NCBI GenBank assembly: GCA_023515725.1
Contig: JALDTO010000146.1
Coordinates: forward strand, 868,001-932,000
Reading direction: 5' to 3'
DNA length: 64,000 nt
From: Amoeboaphelidium protococcarum X5
Taxonomy: Eukaryota > Fungi > Aphelidiomycota
The notes under the pieces are model-generated. The model ran no database searches and was not told the DNA's origin. It saw nothing but the letters and a program-made list of their open reading frames with translations. The translations under genes were made by a program, and so were the position numbers. Shown piece after piece: positions 63,805-64,000 of this stretch (position 1 is its first letter; each line of letters opens with the position of its first letter).

Positions 63805-64000
63805 TTATTAATATGAAAGAAATTAGAAAAATAATTACAATGATATGACCAAAGCAGTATAATTGATAACAAGCGGAAAGAGAATAATGAATGACATTGA
63901 ACGAGACAATGATCGCCGCGTCAACAACGGCAACAGATCGGAACGACAACGGATGAAACAAACGACACGACTTACGGGAACTAAATTCCTACCTATAGTT

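Overview
This is gene-dense eukaryotic nuclear DNA with fungal/holomycotan-like proteins and short GT-AG introns. TAA and TAG encode Gln and TGA is the only stop (translation table 6), so the supplied standard-code ORF track is badly fragmented. Code and gene content fit an aphelid such as Amoeboaphelidium protococcarum, although the sequence alone does not prove the species. Re-translation gives about 30 genes: Yak1, a sulfotransferase, CAF-1 p60, Miro, a GLTSCR1-domain protein, SERINC, a C2-C2-C1-RasGAP-4xLIM protein, V-ATPase c', a bacterial-type thymidine kinase, three tandem receptor-like kinases, EHD, uL11m, a LolD/MacB-type ATPase, TMEM94, PanK, an OSR1/SPAK-like kinase, CEF1, BI-1, MOB4, an Mmt-like transporter, a SET protein and PRO2. 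An accessory island at about 44.1-53.1 kb holds the two most interesting items. The first is an intact 441-codon ORF with Fanzor1 (eukaryotic TnpB/OMEGA) N-terminal motifs but no RuvC nuclease, followed by a structured omegaRNA-like segment. The second is a young, code-adapted Ty3/gypsy element with identical LTRs and a Tf1-type self-priming PBS, whose gag and pol lie in one frame separated by a single UGA (candidate programmed readthrough of the only stop codon). All calls come from manual translation and motif recognition; no database searches were run.
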